Of a stretch of 52,324 nucleotides of DNA, positions 1 to 8,724 are shown in pieces. Each line of letters begins with the position of its first letter. Position 1 is the first letter of the stretch. The translations under genes and the position numbers were made by a program. The DNA comes from a bacterium (GTDB lineage: Bacteria > Zhuqueibacterota > QNDG01 > DTFT01): contig JAFGAX010000173.1 in assembly GCA_016933415.1 (NCBI GenBank), positions 1 through 52,324 on the forward strand. Reading direction: 5' to 3'. The notes beneath the pieces were generated by a model. That model was not told where the DNA came from and searched no databases. It worked only from the letters and a program-made list of their open reading frames with translations.

Positions 1-146
1 CAATAATGAAGGTATGAATAAACGCAATTGTCCCGGGAACACACGCCATACCGCATGGAAGAAATGTCCGCCGGCTTGACCGGAAGAATCCAGATTATCC
101 CCGGGCCATCGAGATAGGCTATCATTCACAAATACAGTGCCTTACC

Positions 147-156
147 GGGGGGGGGG
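147..156. repeat. Homopolymeric G10 tract
   Basis: Ten consecutive G in an otherwise AT-rich non-coding stretch upstream of csbD. Confidence 0.85.
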
Positions 157-505
157 CGGCATGGCGCTTCAATAATTACCCCGGTCAATTCAGAATTTGA
201 ATGAATCCTCGAAGGATTGAGGTAAGACGCGATGAGAGTCAATAAAATGAGGACAAAGAAACTGGCAGGTTTTATTGTTACAGAATCATTCTATGTTCAC
301 ATTTTAAAGACGGAAAGATCGGAGCATTCGAGGAGTCAAATAAATACAAATCACCAAGAAATGCAGGACGACCAAAAGAACTAATCACTTTTTCATCCTT
401 CTGGGCGATTGATATTATGACTGGATATGGCTATTGTCGTTATAGATGAACGATGAAAGATAAGGACATAAACGGATTTGATGGCTCACCGCTAGGAGGT
501 TCGAA

Positions 506-691
506 ATGAACAAGCTCGCTGTCAAGGGAAACTGGAATGAGGTCGCAGGAAAGCTCAAGCAAAAATTTGCAGGCTTGACGGACGATGATCTGCTTTTCAA
601 GGAAGGGAAGGAAGAGGAATTATTGGGAAGATTGCAGAAAAAGCTGGGAAAAACAAAAGATGAAATACGATCGCTGATCGGGAAACTATGA
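506..691 (+). CDS. csbD: CsbD/YjbJ family general stress protein
   Basis: 61 aa with the [23 protein letters not shown]...[17 protein letters not shown] signature; AGGAGG RBS. Confidence 0.9.
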   Translation: MNKLAVKGNWNEVAGKLKQKFAGLTDDDLLFKEGKEEELLGRLQKKLGKTKDEIRSLIGKL

Positions 692-814
692 ACAGACGGT
701 TTCAAAAAACGGATGTCATGCGGTGTTCATGTCAGGGGCTGAACACCATAACAAATCTTACCGTCCATTTTAAAGACAGAAAACATTTAAACCTATTACG
801 AAGGAGCTCATTCA

Positions 815-1357
815 ATGCGGAAGAAAATGGCATTTCTGGCGGGGATATCCGTTCTGATGGCGGCCCAGGTGACAGCACAGAGCATCGGGATAGGACCACA
901 GGTAGGATATTTTAGGACCAAAGATGCGGATAAGGGTTCCTTCATGGGGGGAGTGGCCTGGAGGATAAAACCGGTACCGGTCATCGGCATTGAGGCATCC
1001 ATTCAATATCGTCAGGAAAAATTTGCGGATGGCGCCTTGACGGTACGAAGCTGGCCGGTGATGGTGACGGGTTTGATTTATCCCCTGCCCGTCGTGTACG
1101 GAGCCATCGGCGCCGGGTGGTACCACGTGACTTCCGATTATGACCGGAAAAAGGTGCCGCTCCTGAAAGACGAGACCTCTCAGGAAGTCGGCTGGCATTT
1201 TGGCGGAGGATTGGAAGTTCCCGTCGGTCCAAAGATAAAATTAACCGGTGATATCCGCTATGTATTCCTGAATTATGATTTTGAAAAAATCCCGGGCAGC
1301 AGCGGCATGAAAAGCAATTTCACCGTGATGACCGTCGGGCTGCTGTTCGGTTTTTAA
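815..1357 (+). CDS. Small outer-membrane beta-barrel protein (OmpA-like/porin family), paralog 1
   Basis: Signal peptide, alternating amphipathic strands, HFGGGLE motif, C-terminal Phe; AAGGAG RBS. Confidence 0.75.
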   Translation: MRKKMAFLAGISVLMAAQVTAQSIGIGPQVGYFRTKDADKGSFMGGVAWRIKPVPVIGIEASIQYRQEKFADGALTVRSWPVMVTGLIYPLPVVYGAIGAGWYHVTSDYDRKKVPLLKDETSQEVGWHFGGGLEVPVGPKIKLTGDIRYVFLNYDFEKIPGSSGMKSNFTVMTVGLLFGF

Positions 1358-1362
1358 TATAC

Positions 1363-1402
1363 CACACAGCCGGGCGGACCAGATAGTCCGTTCGGCTGTG
1401 TG
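1363..1402. other. Intergenic 17-bp stem-loop without U-tract
   Basis: CACACAGCCGGGCGGAC pairs with GTCCGTTCGGCTGTGTG (G-U allowed), directly after the barrel gene stop. Confidence 0.6.
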
Positions 1403-1453
1403 CCTGGAAAATCACGGGAATGTGACGACAGGATCACAGAAAAGGAGATAAAA

Positions 1454-1603
1454 ATGTTCTGGGTCGTTATAACGATTCTTCTCTTGTTGTGGCTGATTGC
1501 CGTTTTCAGCGGTAATTTAGTGGGCGGACTCATCCATGTCCTGCTGGTCGCCGCAATCATCGTGCTGCTGTTTAGAGTCATCAAAGGCCGCAAATCGGCA
1601 TAG
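1454..1603 (+). CDS. lmo0937/DUF5670 family small membrane protein
   Basis: 49 aa MFWVVITILLLLWLI...GGLIHVLLVAAIIVLLFRVIKGR; start moved to ATG 1454 behind AAGGAG. Confidence 0.85.
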   Translation: MFWVVITILLLLWLIAVFSGNLVGGLIHVLLVAAIIVLLFRVIKGRKSA

Positions 1604-1636
1604 CGGCATGAAAAACTGAGTTAGGAGATAAAAATT

Positions 1637-1858
1637 ATGAAACCCATCCTGTTCATCGGAATCGTTCTCATCGTGCTTGGCGCAATGGCTTTGATTTATC
1701 AGGGCGTCACCTACACCACACATGAGAAAATCATCGACGTCGGCCCGATACAGGCTTCCGCGGAAACCCAGAAGAAGGTTCCACTATCGCCTCTCTTCGG
1801 CGGATTGGCGCTCGCCGGCGGGATTGTGATGGTCATTGTGGGTCGTAAAAAGTCGTAG
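1637..1858 (+). CDS. Small two-TM membrane protein (DUF3185-like)
   Basis: IGIVLIVLG...YTTHEKIIDVGPIQAS...PLSPLFGGLALAGG pattern; AGGAG RBS. Confidence 0.7.
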   Translation: MKPILFIGIVLIVLGAMALIYQGVTYTTHEKIIDVGPIQASAETQKKVPLSPLFGGLALAGGIVMVIVGRKKS

Positions 1859-2082
1859 ATTTCACGATCCTGATGAGTATCTCCTAAACAATCCCGTCAA
1901 CGAATCTGCCCGCGAGCGTACATAAGAGGTCTTCTCGCTACAGATAGAAGATTGACCGCTGTTTCGGCGGGGAGCTTCGATCGGGACAAGAACATGAGAT
2001 CGGGAGTAACTTTGAATTGGTGTCAACTATTGAGAAAGATTCGTCAAAAACAATCATCCATCCAATCGAAGGAGGCTGTGTG

Positions 2083-2625
2083 ATGAGCAAGAAACTGCTG
2101 TTTGTCTTAGGTTTGACTTTGCTGATGGTTCCCCGTGGGAATACACAGGGCATCAGTCTGGGTCCGCAGATCGGCTATTATAAAGCCCAGGAAGCCGACA
2201 AAGGATCGTTGATGGGCGGTGTCGCATGGCGGTTGAAGGTAAAACCGATCTTCGGCGTCGAAGCATCCATCAACTATCGGCAGGAAAAATATGCGGACGA
2301 TCTTTTAACGGTTCGAAGCTGGCCTGTCATGATCACCGGGCTGGTTTATCCGGTGCCCATGATTTACGGGGCAGTCGGCGTCGGCTGGTACAGTGTGACG
2401 TACGATTACAATAAGGCAAAATTGCCGCTTTTCAAAGACGAGACGACGCAGAAGGTCGGCTATCATTTCGGAGGCGGGGTGGAATTGCCCGTGCAAACAA
2501 GGTTCCTGTTGACCGGTGATATCCGGTACGTTTTTCTGGATTATGATTTCGAAGAAATCCCGGGGTCGGGCAGTTTGAAAAGCAACTTCTATGTTTTAAC
2601 GGTCGGTCTTCTGTACAAACTTTAG
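2083..2625 (+). CDS. Small outer-membrane beta-barrel protein, paralog 2
   Basis: Aligns without gaps to 815..1357 (about 105/159 identical mature residues by hand count); start at ATG 2083 behind GGAGG. Confidence 0.75.
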   Translation: MSKKLLFVLGLTLLMVPRGNTQGISLGPQIGYYKAQEADKGSLMGGVAWRLKVKPIFGVEASINYRQEKYADDLLTVRSWPVMITGLVYPVPMIYGAVGVGWYSVTYDYNKAKLPLFKDETTQKVGYHFGGGVELPVQTRFLLTGDIRYVFLDYDFEEIPGSGSLKSNFYVLTVGLLYKL

Positions 2626-2637
2626 ACTTCCTGAAAT

Positions 2638-2663
2638 TTGAGCGGACAGGAATGTCCGCTCAA
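2638..2663. other. Perfect 11-bp hairpin with GGAA loop (REP-like or weak terminator)
   Basis: TTGAGCGGACA-GGAA-TGTCCGCTCAA just after the stop of barrel paralog 2. Confidence 0.6.
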
Positions 2664-2718
2664 GTTTACCTGAAACACAAATTGAGAAAAACAGTTTTCC
2701 CATCAGGAGGAACCGTCC

Positions 2719-3015
2719 ATGTCATTGCGTTGGGATAAAATAAAAAAATCGATCAAAGGAGAGCTGTCCGACGCTGCGGCGACGACAAATAAATACATGA
2801 AAATAGGCAAGGTCAAACTGGACATGGCGAACTCAACCCATTCGTTGAATGATGTATTCAAGGAAATCGGAATGGAAGTGTACGGTGAGTTGGCCAATCA
2901 TCAATACGGGGATATCCGGAAAAATGTAAAAATTAAAAATTTGATCGAAAAGGTGGATCAGCTCAAGCAATCCATAAAGGAAGAGGCGGAGAAGATCGAT
3001 CATTTGAAAAGTTAA
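2719..3015 (+). CDS. Hypothetical helical protein
   Basis: 98 aa, AGGAGG RBS, Lys/Glu-rich coiled-coil composition. Confidence 0.7.
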   Translation: MSLRWDKIKKSIKGELSDAAATTNKYMKIGKVKLDMANSTHSLNDVFKEIGMEVYGELANHQYGDIRKNVKIKNLIEKVDQLKQSIKEEAEKIDHLKS

Positions 3016-3107
3016 ACAAGTCCTCATAAAATTGAACTGATGACTTATTCAAGAAAACGGCATCGTCGATCATGGTTTCAGAAATGAAACCGGGAAAGGA
3101 AAGAACC

Positions 3108-3548
3108 ATGAAAAAAGGAATTGCGGTCCTGGCCGCCGTGGGCTTGATGGTTGGAATTGGCTTTGTCGGTTGTGAAAAATCGTCAAAACAAAAAGTTGAA
3201 AAAGCAACGGAGAATCTGCAATCGGCCCGGCAGGAATTGAACGACGCCCAGGCCGGATATCTTGTCGAATGGGAAATATTCAAGACCGAGTCTGCACAGA
3301 AAATCGAGGGAAATGAAAAGAATATTGCGGTATTCAAGGAAAAGATGGAAGATGCGGGTTCCGCCGCCCAGAAAACGCTCGCCAAGGAAGTGAAAGAGCT
3401 GGAACAAAAGAATCGCGACCTGAAGAAAAAGCTGGAGGAATACGATGGGGGAGAAAGCCAATGGGCCGAATTCAAAGCGGGCTTTCAGGAAGATCTGGAC
3501 CGGATCGGCAAGAAGATTGAGGGGTTATTCAGGGATACCCAGCAGTGA
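3108..3548 (+). CDS. Coiled-coil lipoprotein of unknown function
   Basis: MKKGIAVLAAVGLMVGIGFVGC lipobox followed by charged helical sequence. Confidence 0.75.
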   Translation: MKKGIAVLAAVGLMVGIGFVGCEKSSKQKVEKATENLQSARQELNDAQAGYLVEWEIFKTESAQKIEGNEKNIAVFKEKMEDAGSAAQKTLAKEVKELEQKNRDLKKKLEEYDGGESQWAEFKAGFQEDLDRIGKKIEGLFRDTQQ

Positions 3549-3583
3549 ATATCGAAGGGAATATACTAAAAAAGGAGAATCAG

Positions 3584-4225
3584 ATGAACAACAAGAATCG
3601 ATCCGCACTTCTGCCGATCGCAATTTTTGTCGGACTGTCGGCCTTCTTCGCGGGATGCGCGACAACCGGCATGGAGCGATCGGAGAAAGCCACGACGACG
3701 ATGCAGACCGTGTCCGAGGAAATTTCAAAAGTCGTTGTTCAGTTGGATTTGACGGGAGCGTCGCTGAACGACCTGACCCGAGTGGGACAGTCCGATGTCA
3801 AATCCGCGTTCGACTCTTATTCCGCAAATGTACTCAAAATGGATGAGTTGGAGAAAAAGTTCACCATCCATGCCGATGAGATGAAAATGCGCGGCAAAGA
3901 GTATTTCGCAGAATGGAAAAAACAGGGAAACGCATATGCCAATCCGAAGATACGCGCGCTCAGTGAACAGCGTCGGGCCGAGTTGGGTGAAGTATACGGG
4001 AAGATCGCCGAGGAGAGCATCGGAGTCAAAGTCGTTTTTAAGGCGTATATGTCTGATATTAAAGAAATACAAAAATTTCTCTCAAACGACCTGACTCTGA
4101 AAGGAACCGATTCGATCATACCTATTTCCGACAAGGTCGTGCAGGAAGGCGTCAGTTTGAAGGATGCGTTAAATCGCGTTCAGGAGGCTATCAACGTCGC
4201 CAGTGTCGAAATGGCCCAGCAATAG
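3584..4225 (+). CDS. Helical lipoprotein (DUF2959-like)
   Basis: FAGC lipobox, YFAEW motif, heptad pattern; AAGGAG RBS before ATG 3584. Confidence 0.65.
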   Translation: MNNKNRSALLPIAIFVGLSAFFAGCATTGMERSEKATTTMQTVSEEISKVVVQLDLTGASLNDLTRVGQSDVKSAFDSYSANVLKMDELEKKFTIHADEMKMRGKEYFAEWKKQGNAYANPKIRALSEQRRAELGEVYGKIAEESIGVKVVFKAYMSDIKEIQKFLSNDLTLKGTDSIIPISDKVVQEGVSLKDALNRVQEAINVASVEMAQQ

Positions 4226-4448
4226 ATACTCCGGGTTCTGAAAGAGCGGCACCCGGCGGGTCAAGGTTTGGCGAAAGTGTCCAATCGACATAAGACAGAT
4301 TCAAATCCGGGCAATACCGATCCGCAAGACAACCCTGAACCGTGAGATTGGTGTTTCCGGATCAGGACTATCAGAACGGGCTCTCCGACCGGGCGTTCGA
4401 CCGTAGAGTCTGAAGAGGTTATCAAATCCCAAAAAAGGAGAGAAAATC

Positions 4449-4613
4449 ATGAAGCTGTCGGCACCCAAGGAAGTCACTTTCATTATCGCCGTGATTCTGG
4501 CGATACTCGGAGCGCTCGCATCGCAGGGAATCATCCACACCGGTTACGCTTTTGCGATGGTATTGATCGGATTTATCGTGTTGGCTCTCGGAAATCTGGT
4601 GAAAGGACTGTAG
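4449..4613 (+). CDS. 54-aa two-TM small membrane protein (absent from the ORF track)
   Basis: Translated by hand: MKLSAPKEVTFIIAVILAILGALASQGIIHTGYAFAMVLIGFIVLALGNLVKGL; AAGGAG at 4435-4440. Confidence 0.8.
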   Translation: MKLSAPKEVTFIIAVILAILGALASQGIIHTGYAFAMVLIGFIVLALGNLVKGL

Positions 4614-4623
4614 CGCGGTTTCA

Positions 4624-4687
4624 GGGTTGCGGGCTGGTCGAAAGGGGATCAATCGGTCCTGTTTGATGGCCGCCCGCCCCTTTTTTT
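4624..4687 (+). terminator. Probable intrinsic terminator
   Basis: GCGGGC(4629-4634)/GCCCGC(4672-4677) closes a long imperfect stem, followed by T7. Confidence 0.5.
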
Positions 4688-4745
4688 ATATACCTCATCC
4701 GCTGTTTCGATCAAATCGATGAATCTGTCAACGAGCGTATTTCCC

Positions 4746-4930
4746 GGTCCCGCGATGCGGGATCAATCTGCAGATGCTGGCTATTGAAGACTTCGCTGGA
4801 CCAAGCAAAATGATTTTATCTTGTTGAAGGCCCGGGGCTTGCCTTCAATACTCTAAAAATATATTAAATTGGTCCCGCAACGCGGGGTCTTCAATAAAAA
4901 ATATAATTGCTTGATCCCGCGCAGCGGGCC
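4746..4930. repeat. Nested-palindrome REP/REPIN-like element, copy 1
   Basis: Four nested inverted pairs (4757-4766/4911-4920, 4782-4791/4887-4896, 4798-4804/4869-4875, 4824-4831/4841-4848); 4752-4796 is identical to 42233-42277. Confidence 0.8.
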
Positions 4931-5274
4931 GCGGGGTAAGTGATCGCTGTCAGATTCAAGCATCGCCCTGGCCACCCGAAGCGTGCGCGCCTCGCTGGAG
5001 CGTCTTCAGACCAACGGATGACGAGTCCCTTCGGAGAAAACCGGTGCCGGAACGAATCGGACAATCCGTCTCACGGAGATGATTGGCCATTCGTCCAAAA
5101 AGACCGGATCAATTTAAATTCTTAAGACAATTGTCATTTAAGGAAAGAATGCTTTTATTTTCCGCATTCTAGCACGAATGATCCGGCCCCTCTCTACAGT
5201 ATGCGATTTCGGCCGTATATGATCTCTCGACGGATTGCGGTAAATACGCGCCTTTACGGAAACGGAGGGTTGTA

Positions 5275-6765
5275 ATGAATGTGATTCTGATCTACCCCGA
5301 ATTTCCGGACACGTTCTGGAGCTTCAAGCACGCCCTTCCTTTTATCCGCAAGAAAGCCTCTCTGCCGCCGCTCGGGCTCCTGACGGTCGCAGGCATGCTT
5401 CCGGCGGAATGGAACAAACGGCTGGTCGATCTCAATGTCAAGCGGCTCACCCGGAAGGACCTGGCCTGGGCGGACCTTGCGTTCATCAGCGGCATGGCGG
5501 TTCAGAAGGACTCCGCGCGCCGGGTGATCGATCGACTCAAGGAAGCGGGATTGACGGTGGTCGCGGGCGGGCCGCTTTTCACCATGGAGCATGAAGCGTT
5601 CGAAACCGTCGATCATTTCGTTCTGAACGAAGGCGAATTGACGCTGCCGGTTTTTCTGGAGGATTTCATCGGGGGGCACGCGCAAAGGATTTACTCGAGT
5701 TCCGAATTCGCGGACATGCGGAAGTCTCCGGTGCCCCTTTGGAATCTGGCGGACATGAACCGTTACGCATCGATGAGCGTGCAGTTCTCGCGGGGTTGCC
5801 CGTTCCAATGCGACTTCTGCAACGTCACCTCGCTTCTGGGGCACCGGCCGCGCACCAAAACACCCGGCCAGATCATCGCCGAGCTGGACAGCCTTTACCG
5901 TCATAAGTGGCGCGGGGGCGTCTTCTTCGTGGACGACAACCTGATCGGGAACAAGGCGCTTCTCAAGGACGGGCTTCTGCCCGCGCTGATCCGATGGCGG
6001 AAAAACAAGAAAGGGTTTCCGTTCAACACCGAAATTTCCATCAACCTGGCGGATGACGGATCCCTCGCTGCCATGATGGCGGACGCAGGATTCGATTCGG
6101 TTTTCATCGGAATCGAAACGCCCAATGAAAACAGTTTGAGGGAATGCGGTAAAACCCAGAATCTGAAACGCGACCTGGTCGGAGACGTGAAGCGCATTCA
6201 ACGGGCGGGACTGCAGGTGCAGGGGGGCTTCATCGTGGGTTTCGACAGCGATACGGACACGACCTTCCAGCGGCTCATCGATTTCATACAGAGAAGCGGA
6301 ATCGTGACGGCGATGGTCGGCATGCTCCAGGCCTTTCCGGGGACCCGGCTCCACGACCGCCTGAAATCGGAGGGGCGGCTGCTGGACAAAACGTCCGGAG
6401 ACAACGCGGACGGAACGACGAACATCGTTCCCGCCATGAATATGGAAGTCCTGCAGTCGGGTTACCGAAATCTGATGAACCATATTTATTCCCCCGAGGT
6501 CTATTATCGCCGGATTAAAACATTTTTAAACGAATACCGGCCGAAAAAGATCAAAACTCCGCTGGGCCTTCGCCGTTCCGCGGATTACGGGTACGCGTTC
6601 CTGAGTTCCGTCTTACGGCTGGGAATCGCGGGAAAGGAGCGGGCGGAGTATTGGAGGCTCGTATTCTGGGCCCTGTGGCGCAGGCCGAACCTGTTTCCGC
6701 TGGCCGTCACATTGGCCGTCTACGGCTATCACTTTCGCAGGATATGCGAACTGCATATCGACTGA
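5275..6765 (+). CDS. B12-binding radical SAM protein (HpnP/DUF4070-like)
   Basis: N-terminal YPEFPDTFWSF...PPLGLLTVAGMLP B12-domain motif, RGCPFQCDFC CxxxCxxC, FIVGFDSD. Confidence 0.85.
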   Translation: MNVILIYPEFPDTFWSFKHALPFIRKKASLPPLGLLTVAGMLPAEWNKRLVDLNVKRLTRKDLAWADLAFISGMAVQKDSARRVIDRLKEAGLTVVAGGPLFTMEHEAFETVDHFVLNEGELTLPVFLEDFIGGHAQRIYSSSEFADMRKSPVPLWNLADMNRYASMSVQFSRGCPFQCDFCNVTSLLGHRPRTKTPGQIIAELDSLYRHKWRGGVFFVDDNLIGNKALLKDGLLPALIRWRKNKKGFPFNTEISINLADDGSLAAMMADAGFDSVFIGIETPNENSLRECGKTQNLKRDLVGDVKRIQRAGLQVQGGFIVGFDSDTDTTFQRLIDFIQRSGIVTAMVGMLQAFPGTRLHDRLKSEGRLLDKTSGDNADGTTNIVPAMNMEVLQSGYRNLMNHIYSPEVYYRRIKTFLNEYRPKKIKTPLGLRRSADYGYAFLSSVLRLGIAGKERAEYWRLVFWALWRRPNLFPLAVTLAVYGYHFRRICELHID

Positions 6766-6825
6766 GCGGGAACGGGGCATCGGATCCGTCGGGATTCCGG
6801 GTTGTCATGCGTGAAGGAGAAACAC

Positions 6826-7245
6826 ATGAAAAAACAAGTGGGTTTGTGGATCGATCATCGGAAGGCCGTTCTGGTGATCATCACTGACGGCAGGGAAGAG
6901 AAAAAACTGATATTATCGAACACCGAGAAGAATGTCCGGTTTTCAGGGGGACGTCATTCCAAAACCCCCTATGGGGCGTATCGGGGCTCGTACGAATCCA
7001 CCCGGGAAAGGCGGTTTTCGAACAATCTCAACCAGTACTACGATGAGGTCATTTCGGCATTTCGCGGCGCGGAAGCCGTTCTGATTTTCGGTCCCGGGGA
7101 GGCGAAGGGCGAAATTAAAAAACGTCTCTCGAAGAAACATTTTCACGGTCAGGTGGTCAGCGTTGAAACCGCGGATAAAATGACGGACCGCCAGGTGACG
7201 GCCAGAATGAACAGGCATTTTTCCGGATTCGCCGGGCTGGAATGA
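6826..7245 (+). CDS. Small bacterial aeRF1-like (baeRF/host-attachment-type) protein
   Basis: GLWIDHRKA, YYDEVI, VLIFGPGEAK, VETADKMTDRQ motifs; AAGGAG RBS before ATG 6826. Confidence 0.6.
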   Translation: MKKQVGLWIDHRKAVLVIITDGREEKKLILSNTEKNVRFSGGRHSKTPYGAYRGSYESTRERRFSNNLNQYYDEVISAFRGAEAVLIFGPGEAKGEIKKRLSKKHFHGQVVSVETADKMTDRQVTARMNRHFSGFAGLE

Positions 7246-7580
7246 AGTCTTCGGTTTTTTAAGCCTTCTGTATATCTCCGTGCGCAGGCCGGTTTCAGAG
7301 AAAAAGTAACTGCAAACATAGGAAAAATATGAAAATAAGGGAATGGAGTAACCTGTCGGATATTGAGCCGATCGAAGAGGATTCTGTCACAATCCGGCCT
7401 GATGAATCCCAAGCGGATCCGTCTCATTCATGCAGACGCGGGCGCAGGTGGTCTTCACCGGGAACCGGGAGAAGTGGCAATTCGGAATCCGGTCCGGATT
7501 GATCTTCAAATGCCGCGAAAAACCCGGCGTTCCGGGAGGGGGTCGTTCTCACCGGGAGTTTTGTTCTATTCTGTTTTTAC

Positions 7581-7609
7581 TTGTGTAAGAACAGAATTTG
7601 AAGTATATT
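7581..7609 (+). promoter_or_regulatory. Candidate sigma70 promoter
   Basis: TTGTGT-17 nt-TATATT upstream of the Lys-rich ORF and csp. Confidence 0.4.
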
Positions 7610-7675
7610 AACATAATTTGGTTCCTTTGATCCAAATCGGGGATGGGTTCGGAAAACATCCAAAAGGAGCGGTTG

Positions 7676-7828
7676 GTGATCAAACCCAATTATAAATTCG
7701 AAAAACGGCAGAAGGACCTGGCCAAACAGAAGAAGAAGGAAGAGAAAAGACTGAAAAAAATGGAGAAAAAAGCAGGGGCCGGGGAAACGGCCGACCCTTC
7801 GGACGGGACGGGTCCGGCCCTGGAATAA
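7676..7828 (+). CDS. Small Lys-rich hypothetical protein
   Basis: KPNYKFEKRQKDLAKQKKKEEKRLKK; AAGGAG RBS before GTG 7676. Confidence 0.7.
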   Translation: MIKPNYKFEKRQKDLAKQKKKEEKRLKKMEKKAGAGETADPSDGTGPALE

Positions 7829-7937
7829 AGGGATGGTGCGGAAGGCGGGGATGTTTCATCCAGAAGATCCAACATCCGGACGGACGGCTTGTGCGGTTCG
7901 CCGGAATATCGCTTAACCAAAAAAAAAAGAGGAAAGC

Positions 7938-8150
7938 ATGGGCGGCGAGAGAATCAGCGGAACGGTCAAGTGGTTCAACGACTCCAAGGGTTTCGGTTTC
8001 ATCCAGCAGGAAGGCGGACCGGATGTGTTTGTGCATCATTCAGCCATACAGGTCCAGGGCTTCAAGTCGCTGAAGGAAGGTCAGAAAGTGACGATGGAAG
8101 TGACCCAGGGCCAGAAAGGCCCGCAAGCGGCGAATGTGATTCCGGAATAA
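7938..8150 (+). CDS. cspA: Cold-shock protein
   Basis: [15 protein letters not shown] (RNP1), DVFVHHSAI (RNP2), KGPQAANV. Confidence 0.95.
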   Translation: MGGERISGTVKWFNDSKGFGFIQQEGGPDVFVHHSAIQVQGFKSLKEGQKVTMEVTQGQKGPQAANVIPE

Positions 8151-8173
8151 TCTTTTGGGGAAACCGGCAGCAC

Positions 8174-8209
8174 TCCTCGTGACGACTTTGATCGTCACGA
8201 GGATTTTTT
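8174..8209 (+). terminator. Intrinsic terminator
   Basis: TCCTCGTGACGA/TCGTCACGAGGA 12-bp stem plus T6. Confidence 0.85.
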
Positions 8210-8351
8210 CTTGTTTCGTCGGATCAGACGGAACGGCGCCGGAAAATGAAACCGGTCCGTCATTCTGAAACGGGGACGGCCGGCAGCAGAACAGGGGATC
8301 CGTATCCCCGTCTTGTGGAGGTTTTTCCGCCGATTCCAGCGGAGGACGGAA

Positions 8352-8660
8352 ATGACCGGTTTAAGCCTGGATTCGGTGTGCTCTCCGTCGGGGCAGGTGG
8401 CGGCCCGGGAGATCGAGGGAGAAGTTCTCCTTGTTCCGCTCTTCTCCGACGGCGGCGATGCCGATGAGGATTTTTACACACTGAACGAAACGGCCCGGTC
8501 GATCTGGCTGAAGCTGGACGGCCGGCGGACACTCTCGGAAGTAGCGGCGCTTGTGGCCGACGAGTTCGATGTCCCTGCGTCGGAACTTCAAACCGACCTC
8601 GTCGAATTTATCGGGGATTTGACCCGGAGGCATCTACTGATCGTCAAGGGCACCGGTTGA
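8352..8660 (+). CDS. PqqD family / RiPP recognition element protein
   Basis: VAAREIEGEVLLVP...YTLNETARSIWLKLDG...EFDV...DLVEFIGDL; GGAGG RBS before ATG 8352. Confidence 0.85.
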   Translation: MTGLSLDSVCSPSGQVAAREIEGEVLLVPLFSDGGDADEDFYTLNETARSIWLKLDGRRTLSEVAALVADEFDVPASELQTDLVEFIGDLTRRHLLIVKGTG

Positions 8661-8724
8661 GCCGGCCGGTTATCAATCACACCAGACCGGCGGCGCGAAC
8701 CCAACATTCATCATTCCGAATCGG

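Noticed and set aside
263-278. Possible sigma54 promoter TGGCAG...TTGT
   Set aside because: Spacing is off by one and the -12 GC is missing.
4746-4930. CRISPR array interpretation of the palindromic repeats
   Set aside because: Units are inverted, degenerate and irregularly spaced; no cas genes in the window.
5254-6483. 409-aa minus-strand ORF
   Set aside because: Antisense shadow of the radical SAM gene with no motifs of its own.
7440-7560. Cobalamin-riboswitch-like GGGAA motif
   Set aside because: No B12 box or recognisable core pairing, and the downstream genes are unrelated to B12.
8246-8467. 73-aa ORF as RiPP/lasso precursor
   Set aside because: Overlaps the PqqD gene, has a weak RBS and lacks a leader motif.
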